64,000 nt of DNA from the NCBI GenBank assembly GCA_017616855.1, contig JAFZXI010000010.1, forward strand, positions 5,489 to 69,488. The letters are read 5' to 3'. Under the pieces are notes generated by a model, which was given only the letters and a program-made list of their open reading frames with translations, was not told the origin of the DNA and made no database searches. Below are positions 20,289 through 29,123 of the stretch, piece after piece. This stretch comes from Clostridia bacterium. Its GTDB lineage: Bacteria; Bacillota; Clostridia; Oscillospirales; RGIG8002. A program made the position numbers and the translations under genes. The stretch's first letter is position 1, and every line of letters starts with the position of its first letter.

Positions 20289-21440
20289 ATGGCTAGAAAA
20301 AGAAACGACGGATACCTTTCCGCAAAGGAATCCCGCGCGATCTCCCGCGCAAACCGCAAGATAACCAATAAGCTCGATAAGCGCTATAAGCGCAAGAACG
20401 TGCCGGAGGCGGAATACCTCACCGAGATGCACAATCCCGCCAACTCTCTCGAAATCGAAAACCTGCACACCCACTTCTTCACCGACGTCGGCACCGTCAA
20501 GGCGGTCGACGGCATCACCTTCGAAGTGCCCGCGGGCAAGACCGTCGGCGTCGTCGGAGAATCCGGCTGCGGCAAGTCGGTCACGAGTCTTTCGATAATG
20601 CAGCTGCTCCAGCGTCCGCAGGGGCAGATTGTCGAAGGCGAGATTCGCCTTAACCTCGGCAACGGCAAAGCGTACGATATCACCAAGACGCCTATCGAAG
20701 CGATGCAGAAGCTCCGCGGAAACTTCATATCCATGATTTTCCAGGAGCCGATGACGAGCTTGAACCCCGTCTTCCGTATCGGCATGCAGATAAACGAAGT
20801 CATCGAGCTGCACGAAGGCAAGGACAAGAGCGACGACGAAATCAAAGCGCGCACCATCGAGCTGCTCGAAATGGTCGGCATCGCCAACAGCGAGGGCGTT
20901 TACAAGATGTATCCGCACGAGCTTTCCGGCGGTATGCGCCAGCGCGTTATGATCGCCATGGCGCTCGCCTGCAATCCGAAGCTTATAATCGCCGACGAGC
21001 CCACCACGGCGCTCGACGTTACGATCCAGGCGCAGATCCTCGACCTGCTCCGCCAGCTCAAGGATAAGATCAATTCCTCGATTATGCTCATCACCCACGA
21101 CCTCGGCGTCATCGCCGAGATGGCGGACTACGTCGTAGTCATGTACGCCGGCAGGATCGTCGAAAAGGGAACCGCGGAGGATATATTCATGCATCCCTCG
21201 CACCCCTACACGATAGGCCTTATGGCTTCCAAGCCCGTCGTCGGCAAGAAGGTCGATAAGCTTTATTCGATACCCGGCAAGGTGCCGAATCCCGTAAATA
21301 TGCCTAACTACTGCTACTTCAAAGACCGCTGCGAAATGCAGGTCGACGCCTGCGGCGGCGAATACCCCTGCGAGATAAGTCTTTCCGACACTCACAAGGT
21401 CACCTGCTACCGCTACTACGACAAGAAGGAGGGCGAATGA
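20289..21440 (+). CDS. Peptide ABC transporter ATP-binding protein (OppD-like)
   Basis: Walker A GESGCGKS, signature LSGGMRQR, C-terminal oligopeptide ATPase extension. Confidence 0.9.
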   Translation: MARKRNDGYLSAKESRAISRANRKITNKLDKRYKRKNVPEAEYLTEMHNPANSLEIENLHTHFFTDVGTVKAVDGITFEVPAGKTVGVVGESGCGKSVTSLSIMQLLQRPQGQIVEGEIRLNLGNGKAYDITKTPIEAMQKLRGNFISMIFQEPMTSLNPVFRIGMQINEVIELHEGKDKSDDEIKARTIELLEMVGIANSEGVYKMYPHELSGGMRQRVMIAMALACNPKLIIADEPTTALDVTIQAQILDLLRQLKDKINSSIMLITHDLGVIAEMADYVVVMYAGRIVEKGTAEDIFMHPSHPYTIGLMASKPVVGKKVDKLYSIPGKVPNPVNMPNYCYFKDRCEMQVDACGGEYPCEISLSDTHKVTCYRYYDKKEGE

Positions 21441-22546
21441 TAATGGAAGACGAAAAGATCATCGCTCCCGTTGAATCGGCCGAACCGAACGAGGCGGCTC
21501 AGCCCGTCGAAGCCGCCGAACCCGAAAAAGTCATAACTCCCGCCGAGGAGCCGCTCGTGCCCGTGCAGTACGACCCGCAGTATATACTGATGGTCAACGG
21601 GCTGAAAAAGCACTTCCCCATCAAGGGCGGAATGTTCTCCAAGACCGTCGGCTACGTCAAGGCGGTCGACGGCGTCACCTTCAATCTGAAGCGCGGCACC
21701 ACTATGGGCCTCGTCGGCGAATCCGGCTGCGGCAAGACCACGACCGGACGCGTCATCCTGCGTCTTTCCGGCGAAAAGACCGCCGGCCAGGTGCTTTTCA
21801 ACGGCCAGGAGGTCTACGACCTCTCGCCGAAGGAAATGCGCCCGCTGCGCACGAAGATGCAGATAATCTTCCAGGACCCCTTCTCCTCCCTTTCTCCCCG
21901 ACTCCCCGTCGGCGAGATAATCGGCGAAGCCGTCCGCGAGCATAACCTCGTCAGCAAGGAAGATTTCAACGACTATATCGATCAGGTCATGGACAACTGC
22001 GGTCTGCAGCCCTTCCATAAGGACCGCTATCCGCACGAGTTCTCCGGCGGCCAGCGTCAGCGTATATGCATCGCCCGCGCCCTCGCGCTGAACCCCGAGT
22101 TCGTCGTCTGCGACGAGCCGGTCTCCGCGCTCGACGTTTCGATCCAGGCGCAGATAATCAACCTGCTCGCCGACCTCCAGGATAAGTACAAGCTGACATA
22201 CCTCTTCATTTCGCACGACCTCTCCGTCGTCGAGCACATTTCCGACACCGTCGGCGTCATGTACCTCGGCAACCTCGTCGAATACGGCTCGACCGAAGAC
22301 ATCTTCCGCAATCCGCTGCACCCGTACACGAAGGCGCTTTTCTCCGCCATCCCGGTGCCGGATCCGACGGTCAAGATGAAGCGCATCGTGCTCGAGGGCT
22401 CCATCCCCTCCCCCGCGAATCCGCCTTCGGGCTGCAAGTTCCACACCCGCTGCGAGCACTGCACGCAGCGCTGCAAGGAGGAGGTCCCGCAGCAGCGTGA
22501 GATCGAGCCCGGTCACTACGTTGTCTGCCACCTTTACGATCAATGA
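21437..22546 (+). CDS. Peptide ABC transporter ATP-binding protein (OppF-like)
   Basis: Walker [10 protein letters not shown], signature [12 protein letters not shown] overlap with the upstream gene. Confidence 0.9.
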   Translation: MIMEDEKIIAPVESAEPNEAAQPVEAAEPEKVITPAEEPLVPVQYDPQYILMVNGLKKHFPIKGGMFSKTVGYVKAVDGVTFNLKRGTTMGLVGESGCGKTTTGRVILRLSGEKTAGQVLFNGQEVYDLSPKEMRPLRTKMQIIFQDPFSSLSPRLPVGEIIGEAVREHNLVSKEDFNDYIDQVMDNCGLQPFHKDRYPHEFSGGQRQRICIARALALNPEFVVCDEPVSALDVSIQAQIINLLADLQDKYKLTYLFISHDLSVVEHISDTVGVMYLGNLVEYGSTEDIFRNPLHPYTKALFSAIPVPDPTVKMKRIVLEGSIPSPANPPSGCKFHTRCEHCTQRCKEEVPQQREIEPGHYVVCHLYDQ

Positions 22547-22833
22547 GAAAGCGCAGAGAATACGACGATGACGACGGCAGGCAGATAGCCGATATGAGCG
22601 GCGTCGAGCGTCCGCACCTTTTCACCGTGCCGAAGCGCAAAGCCGCCGAAACGAGCGACGACGCAGAGTCCCCGGCGAAGCCGGAATGGGAGAATCCCGC
22701 GTCTTCGATGCCGAAGGATGACCGCCGCGCGTTCATCTGGGGCGCGCTGAGCGCGTCGCTGCTTATCGCCCTCGCGTTCCTCGCCGGCCTCGGGCTCGTT
22801 ATTCTGCTGATAACGCTCCTGCCGAAACACTGA
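22543..22833 (+). CDS. Small hypothetical membrane-anchored protein (charged N-terminus, one C-terminal TM)
   Basis: ATGA overlap with the oppF-like stop. Followed by a strong terminator. Confidence 0.4.
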   Translation: MRKRREYDDDDGRQIADMSGVERPHLFTVPKRKAAETSDDAESPAKPEWENPASSMPKDDRRAFIWGALSASLLIALAFLAGLGLVILLITLLPKH

Positions 22834-22848
22834 ATCAATAACCAAAAC

Positions 22849-22877
22849 TCCCCTCACGATGTGAGGGGAGTTTTTTA
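22849..22877 (+). terminator. Rho-independent terminator of the peptide ABC operon
   Basis: ctcccctcac/gtgaggggag stem plus TTTTTT. Confidence 0.8.
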
Positions 22878-22911
22878 TCCTTTTCGAGATTGCTGTTTGC
22901 ATGAATAATTA

Positions 22912-23838
22912 TTATTGCATTTTCCTGTATTCCTCGATTCGCGCAAGCAACGCGGCGCTGTCCTCGTCGGAAATCTGCGATTCGCCCTGATCGATCAGCT
23001 TGTAGGCGGCGGTTTCAAGCGCATCGAGCGAGATGTGCCTGTCCTTGTAAGCCGACGCGGGATTGTCGATTATCCAACGGAGAGGATATATTTCCCAATC
23101 GTCCGCTATAACCGCGTAGGGATTCGCAAACGCCTCGGCGATGCGCTTTTTATCCCCGGAATAGATGATGTCGATTTCCTCATCTGTGAAGCAGTAATCG
23201 CTAAATATCATTTCTTCTGTGAAGTAGTTTGTTGCACGGATCTCTTCAAGATACCTGCTATTCAATTCGACAAACTTTTCTTTAGGGATCTTCAGCTCGT
23301 CAACTATCTCAATCAAACTGAACGCCGCCCCTTGAACTGTCCTCCAATCCGTCTTAAACAGTGTCGATATATCCTCACCCGCCTGTTCGGTAATATAATC
23401 GTGCCACATTGTGGTAAACGATGTCAATCTGTCATCAGAATACATAAAGTTTGTCAATCTTATTCTGTTATCTCCACCGTGGGGTAAATCTGGATACGGC
23501 TCTTCATACGAACCCGGGGAGGCGGGCGTGATCGGCTGCGGCGGCTCGGATACGGTCGAATGACTATCGTCTTCGGGGGGATATATGATCTCCGAAACGT
23601 CGCTGCCGGAGCCGCTGCTTGACGCGGGATCGACCACGTTATTCGTGCCGAACACTCCCGCCATATTCAGCGCGACGGGCGTTCCTATTGCGAAAACTGC
23701 GAGCAATACCGCCGCGACGGCGTATTTCATCCAGGGCTTAAACGCCGTGACCTTCGTTTTTTCCGGCCGTGAGTCTGCGGCTTCGACAAGCTCGAAGTCT
23801 ATCAGCCCGACCGCTTCATTCATAATATCTTTATTCAT
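22912..23838 (-). CDS. Putative single-pass anti-sigma factor (pair 1) with a unique extracytoplasmic C-terminal domain
   Basis: 8-nt overlap with the upstream sigma gene. Short cytoplasmic N-terminus with AVGLIDFELVEAAD, KPWMKYA, then a TM. Paralogous N-termini occur at 25539 and 32722. Confidence 0.55.
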   Translation of the reverse strand: MNKDIMNEAVGLIDFELVEAADSRPEKTKVTAFKPWMKYAVAAVLLAVFAIGTPVALNMAGVFGTNNVVDPASSSGSGSDVSEIIYPPEDDSHSTVSEPPQPITPASPGSYEEPYPDLPHGGDNRIRLTNFMYSDDRLTSFTTMWHDYITEQAGEDISTLFKTDWRTVQGAAFSLIEIVDELKIPKEKFVELNSRYLEEIRATNYFTEEMIFSDYCFTDEEIDIIYSGDKKRIAEAFANPYAVIADDWEIYPLRWIIDNPASAYKDRHISLDALETAAYKLIDQGESQISDEDSAALLARIEEYRKMQ

Positions 23839-24385
23839 AGCTGCCTTCCTTTTTCAAATATTCCGTGAGGGAATCTCTCGTACGCTTCAGCATCATCTTG
23901 ACTCTGCTTTTGCCGAAACCGTAACGCTCGCATATCGCGGCTATCGAGTCGTAATACCAATAACGGCGAATAAACACGTTGCGTTCCGTTTCTTCGAGAG
24001 CGCGCAGGTAGTCCGTTATCAGCCGCGAAAGCTCGCGGGCGCCGACGGTCCGCTCGACGTCGAAGGCGTCGGCGATCTCGCCGAGCTCTTCGTAGGATTC
24101 GACGGATCTCGGGCGGCGCTTCCGCGCGTTGAGGCGCCGCGCTCTGTCCACGGCGGCGCTGCGGGCGAGCATGCCGAGATACGCTTTCAGGTTCTCCGGG
24201 CGCTTGGGCGGTATGTTCTCCCACGCGGCGAGCAGCGCGTCGTTGACGCATTCCTCGGCGTCGCTCTTGTTCCTCAGCACGTTTTCGGCGATACGGAGAC
24301 AGTAGTCGCCGTATCGCTTTTCCGCTTCCGCGACGGCGTTTTCGTCTCTGTTCCAGAACATACCGACAATGACTTCGTCTTCCAC
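23831..24385 (-). CDS. ECF-type sigma-70 family RNA polymerase sigma factor (pair 1)
   Basis: Region 2 (DAEECVNDALLAAWENIPP) and region 4 (RYWYYDSIAAICERYGFGKSRVKMMLKRTRDSL). I prefer GTG 24385 (MEDEVIVGMFW..., RBS GGGGGA). That gives 184 aa, like its two paralogs. The track start 24433 is probably too far upstream. Confidence 0.85.
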   Translation of the reverse strand: MEDEVIVGMFWNRDENAVAEAEKRYGDYCLRIAENVLRNKSDAEECVNDALLAAWENIPPKRPENLKAYLGMLARSAAVDRARRLNARKRRPRSVESYEELGEIADAFDVERTVGARELSRLITDYLRALEETERNVFIRRYWYYDSIAAICERYGFGKSRVKMMLKRTRDSLTEYLKKEGSYE

Positions 24386-24426
24386 ACCGTTCCCCCTCTC
24401 TTTTTCTTGAAAGGTCCTTTCACTTA

Positions 24427-24456
24427 TATACACGCAAAATGCGGCGTGCCGGTCAC
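24427..24456 (-). promoter_or_regulatory. ECF-like promoter candidate: GTGACC-N16-CGTGTATA upstream of sigma 1
   Basis: Nearly the same element (GTGACT-N16-CGGGTATA) sits at the equivalent distance upstream of sigma 3 (33310..33339). It resembles ECF promoters of the xGxAAC-N16/17-CGTx type. Confidence 0.5.
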
Positions 24457-24564
24457 GCTTTTTTTAATTATATCAAAAAAACGCGCAATCGCAATATTGC
24501 AATAACAAAACCGGCTCGCCGAGCCGGTTTTATTGCCTTTGAATTTGTTTTTATCGCGCCGCAA

Positions 24565-25539
24565 TCACGGGTTTATGATCTCATAAAGCCGCTGAGCGTT
24601 TTCGGGCGGTATCGGATAGAAATAATAGTAAATGAGCACAGGGGCGGACGGGTAGAAAGAAAACTGCGCGTACATTCCCTTCTTCGAATAGAAGCATATC
24701 CGGCACAATTCAACGTTAAGCAGCTCCTCGTCAAGATCGGTGTAGCTTTCCGTCATTCCGTTGCTCTTGACGAGCCGGCATATCTCGCTTATCAGCGCCG
24801 GATCCTCCGTCGAAAAAATCTGCTCGGTGTTTTCCTCGTGGAAGGCGGTGTTATAAACCGCTATACGCACGCAATCCTCCGGCATTCCGTTGGCCGCGAG
24901 TATCGCGTCGGTCGACGTGACGTCGGTCAATACAACGTCTCCGACGAAGAAGCGGTATTTGCCGTCATATCTGATTATGCAGAGTCCGTCGAGATCGGGC
25001 AGCAGCGCGAAATGATAGACCTTCTGCCCCGCGATGCCGAGTTCGCTCCCGGTAACGACGCCCATCTGCTCTCCGAGGTCTTCTTCTTTTATCCAATAGG
25101 TCGCGAGCGTCTTGAAGCCGCGCGGCAGTCCGTCCTTCAGCAGCGGCTCGAATCTGTGGAGATCGTCAGCCGAAAGGAGCCGGTAGCGCACGTTGAGGTC
25201 GCCGTTGATATAAGTTGAATCGCCAATCAAGAGGTCTACGCCGCCGATCTCATCGTCCGAGTTTGCGCCGCTTTGTATATGCGGCTCGCCGCTTTCACCG
25301 CTCTGTATCTGCTCGCTCGCGGGCGCGAAAACTCCTGTCGCGTTCAGCGCGACGAACGCGCCGACGATTATCACGCAGAAAATCGCAGCCGCCGCAGCCC
25401 ATTTGAACCATGTCTTTTTCGCGAGCGCCGTCAGCTCCTCCGTTTTTACGCTTTCCGGAGTCGCGGCGAGCGCGGATTCAATCAGTTCGTCGTCTATATT
25501 CGTTATGCCGTTAAAAAGCTCTTTCGCCTTTTCGCTCAT
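24565..25539 (-). CDS. Putative single-pass anti-sigma factor (pair 2) with a unique extracytoplasmic domain
   Basis: ATGA overlap with the sigma 2 stop. N-terminal GITNIDDELIESAL, KTWFKWA, then a TM. Confidence 0.55.
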   Translation of the reverse strand: MSEKAKELFNGITNIDDELIESALAATPESVKTEELTALAKKTWFKWAAAAAIFCVIIVGAFVALNATGVFAPASEQIQSGESGEPHIQSGANSDDEIGGVDLLIGDSTYINGDLNVRYRLLSADDLHRFEPLLKDGLPRGFKTLATYWIKEEDLGEQMGVVTGSELGIAGQKVYHFALLPDLDGLCIIRYDGKYRFFVGDVVLTDVTSTDAILAANGMPEDCVRIAVYNTAFHEENTEQIFSTEDPALISEICRLVKSNGMTESYTDLDEELLNVELCRICFYSKKGMYAQFSFYPSAPVLIYYYFYPIPPENAQRLYEIINP

Positions 25540-26093
25540 ATCTCAACACCTTCCCTTTCAAGCGCGGAACGTAAGCTACGCCGCAGGCGCAGCATCTTCT
25601 GCGCCAGCTTGTTCTGCGAAACGCCCCACTCGTCCGCGAGCGCGTTCAGCGCCTCGCCCTTCCAGTAGCGGCGGACGAAAAGCACGCGGTCGAGCTCGCT
25701 CTGCTCCCTCAGCCATTCGCTTATGACGCGGCCGAGCTCCTCGGAATCGACGCTGCCCTCCACGCTTCCGGACGCGGGAACGCAGTCTTCGAGCTCGCTG
25801 AGCAGCTGCTCGAAGCCGGAATAACGCTTCTGAGCGTGGTTTTTGTTCCACAGGTTCAGCGCGATGTTTCGCACGACCTTGCCGAGCCATGCTTTCAGCA
25901 GTTTCGGGCGTTCGGGCGGTATCGAATCCCACGCGCGCCTGTAAGCGTCGCTGACGCACTCCTCGGCGTCCTCGCGGACGGATAGCACGTTGAACGCCAC
26001 AGCGTAACAGTACGCGCCGTATTTACGCTCCGTCTGCGTGACAGCGTCTTCGTCACGCTGCCAGAATAGTTCGACGATGCGCTCGTCTTCCAT
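25536..26093 (-). CDS. ECF-type sigma-70 family sigma factor (pair 2)
   Basis: Regions 2 and 4 are paralogous to 23831..24385. I prefer ATG 26093 (MEDERIVELFW, GGAG 9 nt upstream) over the track start 26189. Confidence 0.85.
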   Translation of the reverse strand: MEDERIVELFWQRDEDAVTQTERKYGAYCYAVAFNVLSVREDAEECVSDAYRRAWDSIPPERPKLLKAWLGKVVRNIALNLWNKNHAQKRYSGFEQLLSELEDCVPASGSVEGSVDSEELGRVISEWLREQSELDRVLFVRRYWKGEALNALADEWGVSQNKLAQKMLRLRRSLRSALEREGVEI

Positions 26094-26284
26094 GCTTTCC
26101 ATCTCCTTTCGGGCGCCTCTGTTAATAAAGACAGCTTTTTTTCGGGAATATTTGCGTTGAGTTTGCTTTTTCCATAAGAATAATAACATATTTCCGCAGA
26201 AGCGTCAACTGCGGAAGATTATTGTTGCGTTTTGCGGCCGCTCCTGCTATAATTTAATCATAACAGATGAAAGGACGGATACAT

Positions 26285-27193
26285 ATGACGCTTGACGCGC
26301 AGGACCTTCGCAGAGGGCTCAAATACATAGTCGGGACCTGGCAGGTCGACTATATCGTCAACGCTTTCTCGAGCGATCTGGCGCACATCCCCGCCTCCGA
26401 GTTCAAAAGCGACGACGGCAGGGACTTCACCGCGATAAACTTCACGTTTTTCGAGGATCACTCCGTCGTGATGACGGATACCGCGGGCGGAAAAGAAGAA
26501 AAGGGCTCGTGGGAGCAGACGGGTTGGGGCGAATATCACTACACGCTGAACGCGTTTTTCGACCTGCCCGACGACAGCTTCCGCAGGAACGCGGAAACGC
26601 TCTCGCAGCAGGACGATCATCTCGTTTTCTCCCTCGGCTTCCTCGCGATAGCGATGAAGAAGATCGCGGACGGCGTCGTTACCGAGGAACCGGATATCGG
26701 CGACGTCGCTCCGGACGAAGCCGATCTCGCGCTCGACGGCATAGTCGGGACTTACGAGGTCGCCGCGGCGATGTCGCTTGTCGGCGACGACTTCGGCGTT
26801 CACGGCAAGGATGAGGTCGTCGCGGACCTTGACAGGCGCAAGGCCGCCGGTGAGATTGACGACGACGAATACAACGAGAGCTTGAGCGGCTTCGGCGCGC
26901 GCATCGAGTTCACCGCCGACCACAAGGTCCTCGAGTGGATGCCTATCCCCGCGGGCGTTTCCGAGGACGAGATAAAGGCGGCGGTCGAAGAAGGCGAGAT
27001 CGCCGGTTATAAAGACGGCTACTTCTGCATGGGCGAGAAAGAGTGGAAAGCGCTCGACGGCAGGTATTACTACAACTCCGGCGAAGAGCGCGAGCTTTTC
27101 GGCGAGGCGCAGTCCCCCTGGGACGAGCTCGCGTTCGACGGGGACGGTCTTCTCCCCTTCGGCGGCGGTATGATGAAGCTGAGGAAGATATAG
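26285..27193 (+). CDS. Hypothetical cytoplasmic protein, acidic, no recognised family
   Basis: Coding-like composition. ATG 26285 has AAAGGA upstream and a TATAAT at 26246. Confidence 0.45.
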   Translation: MTLDAQDLRRGLKYIVGTWQVDYIVNAFSSDLAHIPASEFKSDDGRDFTAINFTFFEDHSVVMTDTAGGKEEKGSWEQTGWGEYHYTLNAFFDLPDDSFRRNAETLSQQDDHLVFSLGFLAIAMKKIADGVVTEEPDIGDVAPDEADLALDGIVGTYEVAAAMSLVGDDFGVHGKDEVVADLDRRKAAGEIDDDEYNESLSGFGARIEFTADHKVLEWMPIPAGVSEDEIKAAVEEGEIAGYKDGYFCMGEKEWKALDGRYYYNSGEERELFGEAQSPWDELAFDGDGLLPFGGGMMKLRKI

Positions 27194-27303
27194 CGTCGCG
27201 CCTTTCCCGACAAAATACGCAGCGGGCGCATCAACTAAATCTTGTATATAACACTTGACAAAACGCCGTTCAAATACTATATTTATAGTATGGAGGTGCG
27301 AAC

Positions 27304-27915
27304 ATGAAAAAAATGAGATTTTTAGCGTTGATACTCGCGTTTGCGATGGTTGCGTTCACCCTCGCCGCCTGCGGCAATGAGGAAAATACCAATCCCCGCG
27401 GAAACGATAACGGTTCGTCCATAAACTCCGGCGATAACGGCTCCGGAAACGAAAACAGCGGCGACGCGGGTTCGGAAGACAACGGCTCGGAGAATAACGG
27501 CTCCGAAGGCAGCTCCGATAACGGAGGAGCCGAAGCCGACGCAGACGGAGTCGCCGCCGCGGCGCTCAAGCTCGCCAACGAGCTTATCGGCACCGAATAC
27601 AAAGCCGGCGGCACCGGCCCCGACACATTCGATAACTCCGGTTTCGTCTATTACATCTTCAGGCAGAGCGGATACAAGATGCCGCGCCGCATTCCCGATA
27701 TGGCAAAGGAAGGCAAGGAAGTCGGACGCGACGAGCTCAAAGCGGGCGACGTGCTCATCTTCTCGAACGAGATAGACGGAGACGCGGCTTTCGTCGCGAT
27801 ATGCGCCGGAAACGATCAGTTCATTTCCTGCAACAGACCCGACTCCCCCACCGACCTTCACAAGTTCAGCAACTACTATGAACAGCGCTTCATCTGCGGC
27901 AGAAGAATCGGATAA
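27304..27915 (+). CDS. NlpC/P60-like lipoprotein with catalytic Cys and His substituted (predicted inactive)
   Basis: Lipobox LAAC. Low-complexity N/G/S/D linker. An NlpC/P60 core reads YKAGGTGPDTFDNSGFVYYIF...GDVLIF...AAFVAICAG, where the family has DCSG and HVGIY. Confidence 0.7.
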   Translation: MKKMRFLALILAFAMVAFTLAACGNEENTNPRGNDNGSSINSGDNGSGNENSGDAGSEDNGSENNGSEGSSDNGGAEADADGVAAAALKLANELIGTEYKAGGTGPDTFDNSGFVYYIFRQSGYKMPRRIPDMAKEGKEVGRDELKAGDVLIFSNEIDGDAAFVAICAGNDQFISCNRPDSPTDLHKFSNYYEQRFICGRRIG

Positions 27916-27938
27916 GACCTGAAAAACGGTATACGAAA

Positions 27939-27971
27939 ACACCCCGACGGGATCCGTCGGGGTGTTTTTTT
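27939..27971. terminator. Bidirectional hairpin terminator
   Basis: caccccgacgg/ccgtcggggtg stem plus T7, with A-rich sequence upstream. Confidence 0.7.
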
Positions 27972-27980
27972 GAGCTTTGA

Positions 27981-28958
27981 TCACAGAGAGTCGTGAAGCT
28001 TTTTGAACTTCTTCGACTTGGAATCGAGCGCGCCGAAGCTCTCTTCGGACGGGACTTCGTCCTTGCCGGACTCGATATAGTTTCTGAGCACGCCTACGAG
28101 AACGTAGGGTCTGATAAACACGGAATGGATAAAGCCCCAGATGAGCAGGCCGCCGATAACGGCGAATACAATCGGAACGGCGTTGGGGTCCTGCAGGATC
28201 TTCACGAGCGAGTTGCCGGCGTCTGAGGATTTCGCAAACAGCTCCGCGACTTCGTTATAGAAGCCCTCGAGCAGGCCGCTCATCGAGCTGAGGATCAGGT
28301 AGATCGCTCCGCCGAACACGCCGCCGATGATTACCAGCGAGCCGATGCCCCAGAGCGCCACTCTGCCCATGTTCTTGATGAAGGTCTTGCCGTGCTTGAA
28401 GAAAAGCACCGCGCCTTCGCACGTCGCCTTGCCGGCTTTGACGTCCTTGCGGTAGAACACCCAGCCGAGACAGCAATCGCTGAGATACGATATCACCGTC
28501 TGGATCGCGCCGTTGATAGCGCCGCCTATGGCTCCGCCGGTGTCGCCGCCGATGCTTTCGCCGAGGCGCGTTATGCCTCTGCCGATCTGTCTGAAGATAC
28601 CCTTTATCGCTCCGGTTACAGCGAAGTACGCCGCGACGGTAAGGAATCTTTCCTTAACGACGCGCTTGCCCTCGCCGATGACGTCATCGGGAAGCTCGCC
28701 TTCGGTTATTCCGCGCGTCATCATCGCAATCTGCCCCGCCTTCAGCTTATAGGATACGAAGCGCAGCACGATCAAAGCGATGATAAGTCCGACGACGGCG
28801 CCGATAGCAAGACCGATAAGACCTTTGCTCCATACCTTTTCGGCTATGAAGAAGCCGAGCGTTGATATACCGAGCACCAGGACGATTGAGAAAAAGTCCC
28901 AAAACAGACGTCTTAGCGAAAAACCGAGTGTTTTTCTGTAGATGGTTTTGTTATCCAT
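27981..28958 (-). CDS. Hypothetical polytopic membrane protein
   Basis: Several hydrophobic helices and Gly-rich loops. The start is taken at ATG 28958 (MDNKTIYRK, RBS AAGGGGG). Confidence 0.45.
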   Translation of the reverse strand: MDNKTIYRKTLGFSLRRLFWDFFSIVLVLGISTLGFFIAEKVWSKGLIGLAIGAVVGLIIALIVLRFVSYKLKAGQIAMMTRGITEGELPDDVIGEGKRVVKERFLTVAAYFAVTGAIKGIFRQIGRGITRLGESIGGDTGGAIGGAINGAIQTVISYLSDCCLGWVFYRKDVKAGKATCEGAVLFFKHGKTFIKNMGRVALWGIGSLVIIGGVFGGAIYLILSSMSGLLEGFYNEVAELFAKSSDAGNSLVKILQDPNAVPIVFAVIGGLLIWGFIHSVFIRPYVLVGVLRNYIESGKDEVPSEESFGALDSKSKKFKKLHDSL

Positions 28959-29123
28959 AGTCTGCCCCCTTCTGTTGATTACAGTAATTGTAACACGGAT
29001 AACGTGTTTTGTCAATTTCGATTCATTAATCCGCTGTATTCAAAACGGTTCCCCGTAAGGAACCGTTTTGCACGTTATTAGCTGCGAACGCTGATCAGAA
29101 CGAATCCTCGAGCTTCGCGGCGA

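Noticed and set aside
24386-24433. Longer N-terminal extensions given by the ORF track for several genes: sigma 1 and sigma 2, 27981..29015, 38322..38642, 40624.., 44422.., 52529..53206, 54856..57123, 60144..63230 and 63308..
   Set aside because: Internal starts have proper GGAGG-type RBSs at 5-10 nt. They also give lengths and N-termini consistent with paralogs, or place signal peptides and lipoboxes at the N-terminus. The upstream extensions lack RBSs.
26190-26284. GTCAAC-N18-CGTT as a sigma-2-dependent divergent promoter for 26285..27193
   Set aside because: The spacer is longer than usual for ECF promoters. A good TATAAT (26246) offers a simpler SigA explanation, and no second copy of the motif was seen.
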